Assembly: GCA_045617905.1 (NCBI GenBank)
Contig: JAZLJO010000013.1
Coordinates: 532 to 64,531, forward strand
Length of the DNA: 64,000 bases
Origin: Candidatus Enterousia sp.
GTDB taxonomy: Bacteria; Pseudomonadota; Alphaproteobacteria; Rs-D84
Direction: 5' to 3'
Notes under the pieces: generated by a model
Told to the model about the DNA's origin: nothing
The model's input: only the letters and a program-made list of their open reading frames with translations
Databases searched by the model: none
Program-made: the position numbers and the translations under genes
Part shown: positions 63,966-64,000 of the stretch, piece by piece
Layout of the letters: the number at the start of each line of letters is the position of its first letter
Numbering within the stretch: position 1 is the first letter of the stretch

Positions 63966-64000
63966 TAATACACGATATCGTTAATAATAGTGGCTTTTTG

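Larger units (their letters stand above)
41690..64000. mobile_element. tRNA-Ser-associated defence island (right end not seen in window)
   Basis: Housekeeping genes stop at tRNA-Ser; serine recombinase, Zorya-like, RM, Abi, GIY-YIG and Fic genes follow. Confidence 0.75.

Noticed and set aside
41660-64000. attR copy of tRNA-Ser 3' end
   Set aside because: No second copy noticed; island boundary probably lies outside the window or the serine recombinase uses a short core

Overview
AT-rich bacterial chromosome segment. Gene order (frr-uppS-cdsA-rseP-bamA; dacA-holB-tatD) suggests a reduced-genome alphaproteobacterium; this is inference only. 1-41.7 kb is mostly housekeeping (ackA, xerC, trpS, HU, alaS, bamA cluster, ligA, smpB, mtaB, rpoZ, 4 tRNAs). 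It is interrupted by a tandem paralog cassette bounded by a 36-bp direct repeat, a type I RM system, a VirB7/VirB8-like cluster, a HipBA pair behind tRNA-His and a Cys-rich secreted protein with a (TA)n promoter tract. From tRNA-Ser (41.7 kb) to the window end is a defence island with a large serine recombinase. Best candidate for a new system: a non-canonical Zorya operon made of zorA, zorB, a ZorE-like protein whose HNH core appears replaced by ankyrin repeats, and a UvrD-family helicase. The operon is bracketed by diverged ~210-bp direct repeats. Second candidate: an Abi-like HEPN gene inside a type I RM operon, paired with a divergent ~60-nt hairpin RNA under a perfect sigma70 promoter. 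All calls come from reading motifs by eye; no database searches were run.
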